Shown here: one piece after another, positions 30,202-40,296 of the stretch
Numbering within the stretch: the stretch's first letter is position 1
Layout of the letters: every line of letters starts with the position of its first letter
Origin: Caldisericia bacterium
GTDB lineage: Bacteria; Caldisericota; Caldisericia; JAAYUI01
DNA: 64,000 bases
Direction of reading: 5' to 3'
Assembly (NCBI GenBank): GCA_963674785.1
Contig: OY771555.1
Coordinates: forward strand, 1,024,001-1,088,000
Notes under the pieces: model-generated
Database searches by the model: none
Told to the model about the DNA's origin: nothing
The model's input: the letters and a program-made list of their open reading frames with translations, nothing else
Made by a program: the position numbers and the translations under genes

Positions 30202-30846
30202 ATGGCATTATTTGATAACTTCGCATCAGATTATGATAGTTTCTTTAACACGTCTTTGGGTAGAGCGGTTTTGGAAACAGAAAAAAACCTTATCATGAAA
30301 ATGATTTCTCCAGAAGCAGGACTTTCGGCTCTTGATGCGGGTTGCGGAACAGGTGTGTTTTCTGAGTTTTTGGTTAGAGCTGGAATGGATGTCACAGGCT
30401 TTGACGAGTCTCCAGAGATGCTTGGTATTGCAAGCAAAAAGAAGTCTTTAAAAACTGTCAGGATGGTGAGAGGGGATATTAATAAGCTGCCATTTGATTC
30501 AGATTGTTTTGACCGTGTACTTTGTGCGTTTGTGATTGAATTTATTCCCGATGCAAAACAGGTCATATCTGAACTGAAAAGGGTTTTAAAACCTGGTGGA
30601 ATACTTGTTGTTGCGACTCTTAATTCTGATGGAGCCTGGGCGCAGTCAAGAAAAGATGATGAATTTTGGAATAATGCAACTTTCAGAAACGAAAAAGCTT
30701 TGAAGGAAATTGGACTCGAAGACGCAGAGTTTGAGCAGTGTCTGTTTTTCCCACCAAATACAAAAAGATTTTTCAAGTTAGCAGATTGGTCGGCACGGAT
30801 TAAAAATGTTCCCGGTGCTGTTGTTTTTTCCAGGTGGGAAAAATGA
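30202..30846 (+). CDS. Class I SAM-dependent methyltransferase
   Basis: LDAGCGTG, LPFDSDCFD, RVLKPGG. Confidence 0.9.
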   Translation: MALFDNFASDYDSFFNTSLGRAVLETEKNLIMKMISPEAGLSALDAGCGTGVFSEFLVRAGMDVTGFDESPEMLGIASKKKSLKTVRMVRGDINKLPFDSDCFDRVLCAFVIEFIPDAKQVISELKRVLKPGGILVVATLNSDGAWAQSRKDDEFWNNATFRNEKALKEIGLEDAEFEQCLFFPPNTKRFFKLADWSARIKNVPGAVVFSRWEK

Positions 30847-31091
30847 AGGTGTCTGCTCAACTGAGCCTTTATCCGCTTGAAACCTGTGAGATGAATGACG
30901 CCGTCATGAAGGGTATTTCTGCACTTGATGACTTTGATGTGACAGTTGATGTAGGTTCCATGTCAACGGTTATTATTGGGCAGATGCCTGAAGTAATGTC
31001 TGCAATATCAAAGCTTTTTGAAGCAACTGCAAAAACGCACAAAACTGTTTTGAATATAACTCTTTCAAATTCTTGTGGCTGTGATTTATGA
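30843..31091 (+). CDS. YkoF-like thiamine/HMP-binding protein
   Basis: VSAQLSLYPL, VGSMSTVIIG; in the TPP-regulated operon. Confidence 0.8.
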   Translation: MKVSAQLSLYPLETCEMNDAVMKGISALDDFDVTVDVGSMSTVIIGQMPEVMSAISKLFEATAKTHKTVLNITLSNSCGCDL

Positions 31092-31143
31092 TTGAAATTG
31101 AATTACACTTCTTTTTTTGTAAAATTTTTTGTCGAGGTGAAAA

Positions 31144-31710
31144 ATGATCGCACATCTTAAGGGTACTGTTGAACATGTTGAGGATGAATTTTTGGTGCTT
31201 GATGTCCATGGTGTTGGATACAGGGTTTTTCATGCTGTGATTCCTGAACTTGCAGTTGGTAAAGAGCTGAAGATTCATATCGTTCATCAACAAAAAGAAG
31301 ATAGTGTCACCCTTTTTGGATTCAATACTGCTCAAGAGGCAACACTCATGAGAACGATTCAAGGTCGAGTTTCAGGGGTTGGTGGAAAAACCGCAATGAT
31401 GATAATGCGTTCACTCACACCGGGGCAGATCGCAGATGCAGTTATGAATGAGAGACCAGATGTTTTTAAAACTGTTCCAGGCATTGGCAAAAAAACTGCT
31501 GAGCGAATTGTGCTTGAGCTTCGAGATATTATGAGCAAACTTCCCGTTGTGCCTGGACAACTTCCAGCATCAGGAAGTATTGATGATGCAAGGGCTGCAC
31601 TTCGAGCTCTTGGTTTCACAATTGGTGAGGTCGAAAAATCTCTTGCGGGAATTGATAGGGAGTTATCATCTGAGGACATAATCCGCCTTGCCCTTGAAAA
31701 ATTGGGTTGA
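31144..31710 (+). CDS. ruvA: Holliday junction branch migration protein RuvA
   Basis: MIAHLKG, GVGY, VSGVGGK, VPGIGKKTAERIVLEL, ALRALGF. Confidence 0.95.
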   Translation: MIAHLKGTVEHVEDEFLVLDVHGVGYRVFHAVIPELAVGKELKIHIVHQQKEDSVTLFGFNTAQEATLMRTIQGRVSGVGGKTAMMIMRSLTPGQIADAVMNERPDVFKTVPGIGKKTAERIVLELRDIMSKLPVVPGQLPASGSIDDARAALRALGFTIGEVEKSLAGIDRELSSEDIIRLALEKLG

Positions 31711-31771
31711 TTAAGAACTAAAAACATCCTTTCGAGGTACTATTTCTAAAGACTAATTGGAGGTTTTTGAC

Positions 31772-34700
31772 ATGAAAAACCTGAAGATACTTCTTGTTAT
31801 TTTGCTATTTTTTTCAATGTTTTCTGGAGTGGTCGATATTTCTGCGGAGGAATCTTTTCAATATGTCAGCAGGATAATCGTTTTATCTGAAATTTCTGAT
31901 TTTTTTAGTGCCGAAAATCTCCAAAATCAAACAATAAAATCTCAATCAGATGTTATCTCAATTCTAGAGGAACTTGCGCAAACGGGAGATGTTATAGATT
32001 TTCAACCCTTCTGGATACAAAACTGGATATCGGTAACCTGCAAGACGTCTGCTCTGAACACTATCTATTCTGCCTCGGGAGTTGAGTCAATTATCCCAAA
32101 CATCAGAGTGTATGCGGATAAAATGACATCATCCAAGTCAGTGGTCTCAGACAATGAGACATGGAATCTTGAAATGATTGGTGCAGATAAAATCTGGGAG
32201 AAGGGTGTTACTGGTGAGGGTGCTGTAATCGGTGTTCTCGATTCGGGTTGTGATTCAACTCATCCCGAGCTTGCAGGGAAAATTCTTCAATATGGATATA
32301 TCGATGGTTATGGCAGGAAAACAAGCCAAAAGGTTGCAACAGATTCTGATGGTCATGGAACAAGCGTTTGTTCTGTAATTGCTGGTGAAACAACAGGTGT
32401 GGCACCCGATGCAAAACTGATTGTGGGTGCTGTAATTCCTGGTGGGTCAGGATCAATGACCCAGATACTTGGTGGAATGCAGTGGATTTTAAATCCAGAT
32501 GGAGACTACAAAACTGATGATGCTCCAAAGGTTGTAAACATGTCATTTGGTGCACCAGGTGCTTTGAAATATCTTGAATCGGGTATTTCAAATATGATAA
32601 AGATTGGTATATTGCCAATTGCATCTGCTGGAAATGACGGCGAGGGAAGTACGAGTAATCCTGGAAACTTCCCTGATGTTATATCTGTCGGGGCGGTCGA
32701 TTTTACCGAGACAATCACCGATTTCTCAGGTGGTGCTGATGTTTTGTGGGAGGATGTTGATACTGTAGAAACAGTTACAAAACCTGATCTTGTCGCCCCC
32801 GGTGAGAGTATCAGGGTGGCAACCCCGCACAGAACATACGATCTTACAGATGGAACAAGTTCGGCATCCCCACATGTTTCCGGACTATGTGCTTTGTTGT
32901 TATCAGAAAACCCTGAAATGGCCTCCGAGGATTTGAAGTATGCACTGATGGATAATGCAAAAGACCTCGGAAAACCTGGAAAAGATAGAAGATATGGGGT
33001 AGGTCTTGTTCAGGGAGAAGAGAGCTTCAACAGTACCCTCGAAAGAGAACCAAAAAATCTGAGTATTTCCTGGGGCAATAATACTCTTTGGGGTGATATA
33101 GAGGTGAAAACCTCAGACAGAACATACACTGTTTCACGAGATTTGGCAGATGACTTCTCATTTTTAGCACTGCCTGGAACTGATATCTCAGTATCATCTT
33201 TTGGATTTGAAGAGACATATGTAACAGGTGATGAGGTCACCCTTAACGCGCTTCCATCATTTACACTCGATTTGTCAGCATATTCTCCTGAGCTTAATGC
33301 GATGTCTCCCTGTACGGTGAGATTTCCTGAAACCCCTCTTCCTGTTTTTGAGGGTGCAGATGGTCATGTAGAAATTACCCTTCCAGTTGGAAAACATAAT
33401 GTAAGAGTTTATTCTTTTGGACACTCGGATGAAGAGATTGAACTTGAAATATCTGATGATCTGGAAATTGAAGTTGAGCTTACAACTGCAAAAATTGCAT
33501 TTATTGATGACAGGAAATCTGTATTTGGCACTCCACCCGAACCGATTCAGGGGAAGATGAGAAGGTCACTTGATTCAACAGAACTTCCATATTTTATCTG
33601 GACAACACGTGATGGCAGAGTAACAGCTTCTCAGCTATCAAGATTTGAATATGTCATCTGGAATCTTGGGGGCTCCCCAACTGATAAGATTATCAAGGTC
33701 TTGAGGGGCTATATGGATTTGGGCGGAAAGCTTATCTTGACCTCTGATTTTTACGGCGCAAGTTACTTAGGCGAGAGCGATTCTACAGTTTTTCTTGCCT
33801 CTTATTTTGATTGTTATCCAACCGATGGTGGAGGTTCCGCAATTAAACATTGGGATGGAGAGAATTGGAATACTGTCGCAATCGAAACGCCATCATTCCT
33901 CAGAAGCACAGAACTTGTCCCTCTTGGTGATAAAGCTGAACCTATCTTTTACTACTCTGGGTTTGTGAAACAAACTGTGGCAGGGATAAAAGTATCATCA
34001 ATCCACAACCAAGGTGTGGTTCTAGGGTTTACAGTTCCTGTTATCAGTTCTGATGAGAAAAGATCATGGCTTTTGAATTATCTGCTTAATTCCTTTGATG
34101 ATACATCAACTTTTAGAACAAGGATTGAATCTGGTGGGGTTGGTTTAAGTGGAATTGCTATTGTTGATGGTGAACAGGTAGAATTTACTGATGGTGATTT
34201 GTTCATCCCGCATGTCCCAAAAAATCCTGTTAGTGCGAGGATTATCAGTTATGGGTATGATGAAAAAAGCATTAGCTTGGATATGTCTAATACTCCTGAA
34301 GTAATATCTCTTGAAAAATCGAAAATTTCTGAATTAAAAGTAAACACAAATACAGATGGATACATAATTTTTCATGATGTTCCGATTGACCCAATAAAAA
34401 GCACCAGAAACCAGATACTCAAATTACCTGAAGGTGATTATGAGTTAACCTTTGTTTCAAAAGGATTTGTGCCTCAGAAATTAAGTGTTTCTGTACCGGG
34501 ACAATTGAATGCGAGTCTTGTGAATGCCCCAGATTATGTTCTTCTCCCTGAAGGTTATACCCAGATTGCAAATAGCTTGTCGTCACTAGGGCTTGCACAT
34601 TCCAGTAAAGATTTCATAAAAGCAGAAGATATCGTTTCATCTACAGTTTTCCTTTGGAGCAGTTCAGGTAAGGTAAAACAGAGCGATAGAGAGCTGATCT

Positions 34701-36097
34701 CAGAGATAAAAACTGCCCTAAAATGCGGTGCTTCTGTTATTGTTGCGGGTCCCGAGGTTGTAAAATCCTTTGGCGATCCTGTTGAAATCGATTCAATCGC
34801 CTCACAGATTTTTGCTGTAATCGGTAAGGGAAAACTGGATAATATCTTGATTTCGATCAACAAAGCGACAAAAAGGTATGGAATGACGATTCCTGTTCTT
34901 GCTGGTGGTGATACACTTGCAAGTTTTGTAGGTGGAGAATCAGCGATTGTAAGATATGACAATCTCATCATATCTGCTTTTGAGTTTGAAAAGATCGACC
35001 TTGATATTGTGGCAAAGGAAGTAATTCGGCTTCTCCTTTCAGAATTTGGGATTGATGAATCGAATCTTCCTATGCCAAAGATTACAACACCTGCATCACC
35101 CACAAATATGAATCCGCTTGTTGTAACAGGATTTGTTGCCCCAGATTCTGATTCTGTGATAGTGATAAGTGATGCTGAGTATGATTTAAATACTGATCTT
35201 GAAGGTTTTTTTGTGTTTGAATCTAATCTTCCAGAGGGTTCATATACTGTTCAGTTAAAGTCAAAAAAGAATGGTAAGAGTTCTGAAAGTGTAAAAACTC
35301 CCCTTGTGATCGATAGAACTCCTCCGGAAGTTATTGTACTCTCACCAAAAGATGGTTATTGCATAAATCAAGAGGTTGAGGTCATAGCGTCGTGTGTTGG
35401 TGCAAAAGAAGCACGAATTGATGGGGTTGAAGTAAAGATTTCAGGTGATCAGATTTCAAAGAAAGTATCGGCTACAAACGGAACAATAATGCTTGAAGCT
35501 GTTGATGCTACGGGAAACAAAAATCTTCAAATTCTCAACTACAAACCAAATATGAATATCGCAATTGACGCAAAGTCATCCGATGCATTCTTCGAGATTT
35601 CCCAGGTTTATGCTGCAAATGTGTTTGATGATGAATCATTCCGTCCATTCCAGGTTTCCACCAAGGGAGAGGTTGCCACATATCTTACTAAGGCATTGGG
35701 ATTATCACCAAAACCTGGGAAATGCCCATATAAAGATGTTTCCAAGAGCGATCCAGCCGAACCATATATTGGTGCACTGTATGAAGCGAATGTTCTTTCC
35801 GGTGTTGGAGAGTTTAAATCAAATTCAAATTCGACGATGGAATTCTTGCTTCAGATGATTGCTAATCGATACGGATTATCGTATTCCCCACCCACACCTA
35901 CATTTTCTGATTTGAATAACAGTAGCCTTTGGTATGGTGGGGTTGAAGGTTGTGTAAAAGCAAAGATTCTCAATCCAAAGGATATTAGATTGTTTACCGG
36001 TGAAAGTTTTAACCCAGGCTCAGGTGTAAAGAGAGAAGAAGTTGCAATAATAATTTATTGGTTGTTGAAATATAGAGCTAGAAATGGAGGGAAATAA
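31772..36097 (+). CDS. Large secreted S8 serine peptidase with accessory beta domains and C-terminal SLH-like repeats
   Basis: Signal peptide; VLDSG, HGT and GTSSASPHV triad; DRTPP Ig-like linker; FRP..STKGEVA and FNPG..VKREEVA SLH-like ends. Confidence 0.88.
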   Translation: MKNLKILLVILLFFSMFSGVVDISAEESFQYVSRIIVLSEISDFFSAENLQNQTIKSQSDVISILEELAQTGDVIDFQPFWIQNWISVTCKTSALNTIYSASGVESIIPNIRVYADKMTSSKSVVSDNETWNLEMIGADKIWEKGVTGEGAVIGVLDSGCDSTHPELAGKILQYGYIDGYGRKTSQKVATDSDGHGTSVCSVIAGETTGVAPDAKLIVGAVIPGGSGSMTQILGGMQWILNPDGDYKTDDAPKVVNMSFGAPGALKYLESGISNMIKIGILPIASAGNDGEGSTSNPGNFPDVISVGAVDFTETITDFSGGADVLWEDVDTVETVTKPDLVAPGESIRVATPHRTYDLTDGTSSASPHVSGLCALLLSENPEMASEDLKYALMDNAKDLGKPGKDRRYGVGLVQGEESFNSTLEREPKNLSISWGNNTLWGDIEVKTSDRTYTVSRDLADDFSFLALPGTDISVSSFGFEETYVTGDEVTLNALPSFTLDLSAYSPELNAMSPCTVRFPETPLPVFEGADGHVEITLPVGKHNVRVYSFGHSDEEIELEISDDLEIEVELTTAKIAFIDDRKSVFGTPPEPIQGKMRRSLDSTELPYFIWTTRDGRVTASQLSRFEYVIWNLGGSPTDKIIKVLRGYMDLGGKLILTSDFYGASYLGESDSTVFLASYFDCYPTDGGGSAIKHWDGENWNTVAIETPSFLRSTELVPLGDKAEPIFYYSGFVKQTVAGIKVSSIHNQGVVLGFTVPVISSDEKRSWLLNYLLNSFDDTSTFRTRIESGGVGLSGIAIVDGEQVEFTDGDLFIPHVPKNPVSARIISYGYDEKSISLDMSNTPEVISLEKSKISELKVNTNTDGYIIFHDVPIDPIKSTRNQILKLPEGDYELTFVSKGFVPQKLSVSVPGQLNASLVNAPDYVLLPEGYTQIANSLSSLGLAHSSKDFIKAEDIVSSTVFLWSSSGKVKQSDRELISEIKTALKCGASVIVAGPEVVKSFGDPVEIDSIASQIFAVIGKGKLDNILISINKATKRYGMTIPVLAGGDTLASFVGGESAIVRYDNLIISAFEFEKIDLDIVAKEVIRLLLSEFGIDESNLPMPKITTPASPTNMNPLVVTGFVAPDSDSVIVISDAEYDLNTDLEGFFVFESNLPEGSYTVQLKSKKNGKSSESVKTPLVIDRTPPEVIVLSPKDGYCINQEVEVIASCVGAKEARIDGVEVKISGDQISKKVSATNGTIMLEAVDATGNKNLQILNYKPNMNIAIDAKSSDAFFEISQVYAANVFDDESFRPFQVSTKGEVATYLTKALGLSPKPGKCPYKDVSKSDPAEPYIGALYEANVLSGVGEFKSNSNSTMEFLLQMIANRYGLSYSPPTPTFSDLNNSSLWYGGVEGCVKAKILNPKDIRLFTGESFNPGSGVKREEVAIIIYWLLKYRARNGGK

Positions 36098-36524
36098 AGT
36101 GGAAGATATTCTTGAAAAACTCCGTAGAAATGGCTATAGGATCACGAAACCTAGGGAAGAGATTTTAAAACTTTTCATCGAAGCAGAAGGTGAAAACCTG
36201 GATGCAAGCGAAATAATGGAAAGACTCATCAAAGCAAAAGTCGATATTGATATGGCGACACTCTATAGAAATCTCGAGCTTTTGTTTTCGCTTAAGATTA
36301 TTCATAAAAGTAATTTCACACACCAGCATGCTCATTATGGGTTGACAACGGACAGAGAAATACACTTTGTTTGCAAAGAGTGTGGTTCGATTACCGAAAC
36401 CTCAATAGATGAAAACTCAGAAATAATAAAAACAATAAATGAAATAGGTGATAATTTTGTAGTTGAAAGTGTCTCAATAGAAGCCTACGGCACCTGTAAA
36501 AGATGCCGTAGGAACGATACCTAA
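36084..36524 (+). CDS. Fur-family transcriptional regulator
   Basis: GYRITKPR, ATLYRNL, HFVCKECG, GTCKRC. Confidence 0.9.
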   Translation: MEGNKVEDILEKLRRNGYRITKPREEILKLFIEAEGENLDASEIMERLIKAKVDIDMATLYRNLELLFSLKIIHKSNFTHQHAHYGLTTDREIHFVCKECGSITETSIDENSEIIKTINEIGDNFVVESVSIEAYGTCKRCRRNDT

Positions 36525-36560
36525 TTAATTATAAGTATTCTTTGTGGTCTAAAATAATAA

Positions 36561-36776
36561 TCAGTCTGTGATTGCTCTGACAGCTGATGCCTGTTTGCCT
36601 TTGTCGCCGTCAATTATTTCAAACTCAACCTGCTGGTCTTCTCTAAGTGTTTTGAAGCCATCAACACCCTGAATAGAGGAGAAATGTACAAATACTTCCT
36701 CGTCACTACCGTCTACCTTGATAAAACCGTAACCTTTTTTGTTGTCAAACCAGAGTACTTTACCCTTCGAAATCAT
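36561..36776 (-). CDS. Cold-shock protein
   Basis: [26 protein letters not shown]. Confidence 0.95.
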   Translation of the reverse strand: MISKGKVLWFDNKKGYGFIKVDGSDEEVFVHFSSIQGVDGFKTLREDQQVEFEIIDGDKGKQASAVRAITD

Positions 36777-36820
36777 CTAATCAAACCTTCCTATCTTGCG
36801 CTCTCGCGCTATTTCTTTCT

Positions 36821-36864
36821 GACAGAATCCAATGACACCAGAATTTTTGTGTCAGGAATCTGTC
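36821..36864. other. Long hairpin upstream of the csp gene (terminator or csp 5'-UTR structure)
   Basis: GACAGA..TGACAC-loop-GTGTCA..TCTGTC. Confidence 0.5.
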
Positions 36865-36876
36865 TAGTAACTATTC

Positions 36877-37623
36877 TTACTTAAATCTAAAGTTTGCAAT
36901 CTTGCCGTGATTAATCCAGACAAGTTCTGCGCCGAGTGAATCTCCAACAGCTTTTACAGGAACAAATGTTCTGCTGTTTACAATCTCTGGTGCTGAAACA
37001 AGATCATAGTCTTTGCCGTTGACCTTGGCGTTTTGTTTACCGATCCACATCTGACCAACAAGTTTGCCGCTCTTCTTGATGTCGACTCTTCTCTCGTTGC
37101 CGTCCCAACCAACTTCTCCACCAAGGTTCTCGATTCCTGCTCTAAGCGGAACCATGGATTTTTCCTTTTTGGAGATATAGCAAGGTGCGTCGATTTCAAC
37201 CTGTTCACCATTGCCAATAATATACTGCCTTGCATCACCATCATCTTCATTGCTGAGGATGAAAGAAACACATTTGCTATATTTTTTCTTTGGGTTGCTC
37301 ATGAAATCACCAGGGTTATATCCTGCTTCGATTTCCTGTATGTTGGTGTATCCATCGGCATCCACGTCATCGTTTTCAAATGCTGGGAAGTCGCCATCCA
37401 TAAGGACTTCGTACTGTACGCCGTAAAGGTTTCTTGGTGTGTCACCATTTTCATGGAAGTGACAAAGCCAACAGTCGGCACCCTTTAGTTTAGTATCTTT
37501 TGCACTGAAATCTGGGTAGAAATATAAAAATTCCTCTGAATAATCTTCCTGACCGAGAACCACCATGAAAGAAGCCACGAACATGATTGCTACAACAACT
37601 GCAACGATTGATAATCTCTTCAT
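36877..37623 (-). CDS. Secreted protein with CxxCH heme motif, Ca-binding DxDxDG motif and copper-amine-oxidase-N (stalk) domain
   Basis: CWLCH; DVDADGYTNIQEI..G.NPGD; MVPLR..E.LG.EVGWD; APEIVNSRTFVPV. Confidence 0.8.
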   Translation of the reverse strand: MKRLSIVAVVVAIMFVASFMVVLGQEDYSEEFLYFYPDFSAKDTKLKGADCWLCHFHENGDTPRNLYGVQYEVLMDGDFPAFENDDVDADGYTNIQEIEAGYNPGDFMSNPKKKYSKCVSFILSNEDDGDARQYIIGNGEQVEIDAPCYISKKEKSMVPLRAGIENLGGEVGWDGNERRVDIKKSGKLVGQMWIGKQNAKVNGKDYDLVSAPEIVNSRTFVPVKAVGDSLGAELVWINHGKIANFRFK

Positions 37624-37771
37624 AAACTAGACCTCCTGTAGTCTTGATGTCATTTTATGTCTCGTTTTATTAAATACAACTATTTCGTAGTATAAGGTTT
37701 TCTGAGTTTTACTGATTTTTTTAACCAAAGTTTTGATTTCTATCCCTGGCAGAAAAAGCTTGAAAGAGTTG

Positions 37772-39259
37772 TTATTCAGGAAATCCCTGTCCCCAGAGGA
37801 AACGTATGATTCTTTCAGCATCCTCATCGCTTATATGATTTGGATCTTTTTGAACCATTCTTTTTACTATCGGTTCCCAATCATTCCTTGCCTTTGTCTC
37901 AGGAGCTGGAAGATTGTGGCATTTGCTGCATTTTTCTTCAAAAAGATTTTTCCCAATGTTCGGTTCTGGAAGTGATTGGTTTTCATTAAGCTTTGGACTA
38001 ATGAAGAAAAGCGACCCATTATTGATCTCTGCTGTTACATCAAAATTATTGTTGATGAATGAGAGTGGAATCAAGAGTTTGCTTTTTGAGATAAAAACGT
38101 TTGGAATAATCTCAAATGTTTTTGCATCTTTGTGAGCCATTGATGTGTCCGGAAACACTTTTACTAATGAGTTATTATTTGATACTGCAGCACTTCTTTC
38201 AGTTTCATCCCAAAAAACATCATAACCGAAGCTTTCGAAGATTGGTCGAAGTTCGACAAAATAATGCCCATCAATGAGCTCTGGTTTGTTTTTTAAACCG
38301 ATATTTTCACCAGATCTGCTGTATATTACAAAACTGTTTGGATTTGCGGTCAAAAGTTTTTGTTCGGGTAGTGTGGTTGCATTTCTTAGCGTGAAAAGGT
38401 AAACACCGTCTTTGTCAAACTTGTGAAGTAGCACCTCATTGTCAACGATTTCAGCGGCATAACATCCTGCGTCGAGATAATCACAAATAACAGTAAGTGG
38501 ATCTGTTAAAACTGATTCGCCACAGCTAAACAGGTACTCAAGTTCACGTGAAAACACATGAAGACTGCCTGTTCCTCGGTCTGCGACCCAAACCCTTCTG
38601 TCGTTATCCTCTGAGGTTGCGACATCTGAGGGATTCTCAAGTATTCCATCACCACACTCCCCAATGACTCGACCCCACTCGTCTGTTTTGACGATTCTTT
38701 TATTTTCGGGGTCGGCTATGAAGACCTGTTTGATGAAATCCATGTAGGTGCCAGCAATTTTGCCGAAAGGTTTTTCGGGGTAGTTTTTGAACTCTCCATC
38801 GATTTCTCCTGGAGGTGCAACATGAAATGCTTTTCCATCCATCGTCCCGAGGATCAGATGTTCATAATTAGAATCCTGACAGATTGCGAGGCTTGAAGAG
38901 TTTGAGTACTTCAGTTCAGGTATTGTGTTGTCTTTTTTCCACAAAATGCTTCCTGAAAAATCAACCACCCAAATGGTTTCTGTAACTGGATCGAGAAGCC
39001 CAATGCCTCCACCACAAGAGCAAACACTTACGTCCGTAAAGCTTTCTGCGCCAAGATTTGATGCAGAATCAAACTCCCCAAGGTATATTCCTGTTTCTGA
39101 ATCAATATGATGAATTATGCCTGTTTCAAAATCGAGAAGATAAAGGTCTTTGTACTTATCGACACCGAGAGATAATCCCTGAAGTTTGGAACCAATATTT
39201 GTAGGAAACGTCATCGCACACAAACAGACAACGAACACCACTAAAAAAACTTTTTTCAT
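37772..39259 (-). CDS. Secreted NHL-propeller + stalk domain + C-terminal monoheme cytochrome c
   Basis: VFIADPENKRI and VWVADRG repeats; VELRPIFESFGYDVFWD; GKNLFEEKCSKCH...WEPIVKRM. Confidence 0.8.
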   Translation of the reverse strand: MKKVFLVVFVVCLCAMTFPTNIGSKLQGLSLGVDKYKDLYLLDFETGIIHHIDSETGIYLGEFDSASNLGAESFTDVSVCSCGGGIGLLDPVTETIWVVDFSGSILWKKDNTIPELKYSNSSSLAICQDSNYEHLILGTMDGKAFHVAPPGEIDGEFKNYPEKPFGKIAGTYMDFIKQVFIADPENKRIVKTDEWGRVIGECGDGILENPSDVATSEDNDRRVWVADRGTGSLHVFSRELEYLFSCGESVLTDPLTVICDYLDAGCYAAEIVDNEVLLHKFDKDGVYLFTLRNATTLPEQKLLTANPNSFVIYSRSGENIGLKNKPELIDGHYFVELRPIFESFGYDVFWDETERSAAVSNNNSLVKVFPDTSMAHKDAKTFEIIPNVFISKSKLLIPLSFINNNFDVTAEINNGSLFFISPKLNENQSLPEPNIGKNLFEEKCSKCHNLPAPETKARNDWEPIVKRMVQKDPNHISDEDAERIIRFLWGQGFPE

Positions 39260-39271
39260 AAATCAAAAAAT

Positions 39272-39703
39272 CTAGTGGAATTCGATCCTGGTGTCAGTGA
39301 TCACGTAGACAAGACCACGTTTGGTGAGTGTCCCGAATATTGTTGCTTTTCTACCCACTCTTGATGGAAGAAGAAGTCCGTACGAAGAGTTGTCTTCAAT
39401 CAAAATCTCGCCGGTTTCGTCTTTCAAAAAGAAGTCACAACATTGAGCCTCGTCGCGAGTGATTATGCCACAAACCTCCACCGTCGATTGGTTTCTGTTT
39501 TCACAATATCTATCGATGGCATCAGAGATACAGCATCTCATATTAGTCCTGTTGGAGTCACTTGTTGCGACTGGTGAAAGAGTCAACCAGCCAGATATGT
39601 AGAAGGTTGTGAAAGCGATTAAAAGCACAAGCACAAAAACAATATACGGAATAAATCCGACCGCTACACCGTCCTTATTTTTAGTTTTTTTTGAAAGAAT
39701 CAT
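39272..39703 (-). CDS. Membrane-anchored OB-fold-like protein with two CC pairs
   Basis: N-terminal TM; RCC, QCC; FFLKDETGEILIE. Confidence 0.65.
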   Translation of the reverse strand: MILSKKTKNKDGVAVGFIPYIVFVLVLLIAFTTFYISGWLTLSPVATSDSNRTNMRCCISDAIDRYCENRNQSTVEVCGIITRDEAQCCDFFLKDETGEILIEDNSSYGLLLPSRVGRKATIFGTLTKRGLVYVITDTRIEFH

Positions 39704-39733
39704 ATTCCCTTCTTGAAACCTAAAAACAACTTC

Positions 39734-40159
39734 CTATTTACTCGCTCCAAAGCTTATAACGTCGATGATCTTCTTATCTTTAATTATGGCAACTTCGATA
39801 CCTTCAGCTGTTGTGTAAGCTTTTGCGTCGATACCTGTTTCACCTGTCTGTGAAGTATAATAGCTAATTGCCTCTGCTTCAAGTCTCTCAAAGTCAACAT
39901 TTGAAGTAGCAGATGATCCACAACTGCTTGCCGATCCACATCCACCTGCGGTGCTTCCGCATCCGCCAGAAACAGTGGCGCTGCTACAACTTGCCTGTTC
40001 TGCGGGTGAACATCCACCTTCGATTCCCGAACATGATCCCCCACTAACATAATTTGTTAGGTTTCCACCGGATGATGCAAATGCATTAATCCCAAGGGCG
40101 ACAAGAATCACCACACAAACAACGATTATCGAAACCATCAAAATATTCTTTTTATCCAC
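39734..40159 (-). CDS. Membrane-anchored protein with a Gly/Ser/Cys-rich tract
   Basis: GGSCSG..GGCS..SCSS..GGCGS..GGCGS..SCGS; GGAG RBS. Confidence 0.7.
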   Translation of the reverse strand: MDKKNILMVSIIVVCVVILVALGINAFASSGGNLTNYVSGGSCSGIEGGCSPAEQASCSSATVSGGCGSTAGGCGSASSCGSSATSNVDFERLEAEAISYYTSQTGETGIDAKAYTTAEGIEVAIIKDKKIIDVISFGASK

Positions 40160-40190
40160 AATAATACTCCTTGGTCAATCTTTAGCCGTA

Positions 40191-40218
40191 ATGATACACC
40201 CCCGGGGGTATACATCAA
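40191..40218 (-). promoter_or_regulatory. Promoter with a CsoR/RcnR-type operator in the spacer
   Basis: TTGATG-TATACCCCCGGGGGTG-TATCAT; C-tract/G-tract inverted repeat flanked by TATAC. Confidence 0.7.
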
Positions 40219-40296
40219 GGGAATGCAATTAAAGCTAAGTAAATATTGGTTTAATCCTGTCAATAGCAACGATTCTTACTCACTTCTGTGGTGTTC

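Noticed and set aside
30231-30860. 209-aa - strand ORF
   Set aside because: Antisense to a clear methyltransferase and has no motifs
31070-31125. TGA after SCGCDL as selenocysteine
   Set aside because: The domain is complete, there is no downstream hairpin, and another stop follows within ten codons
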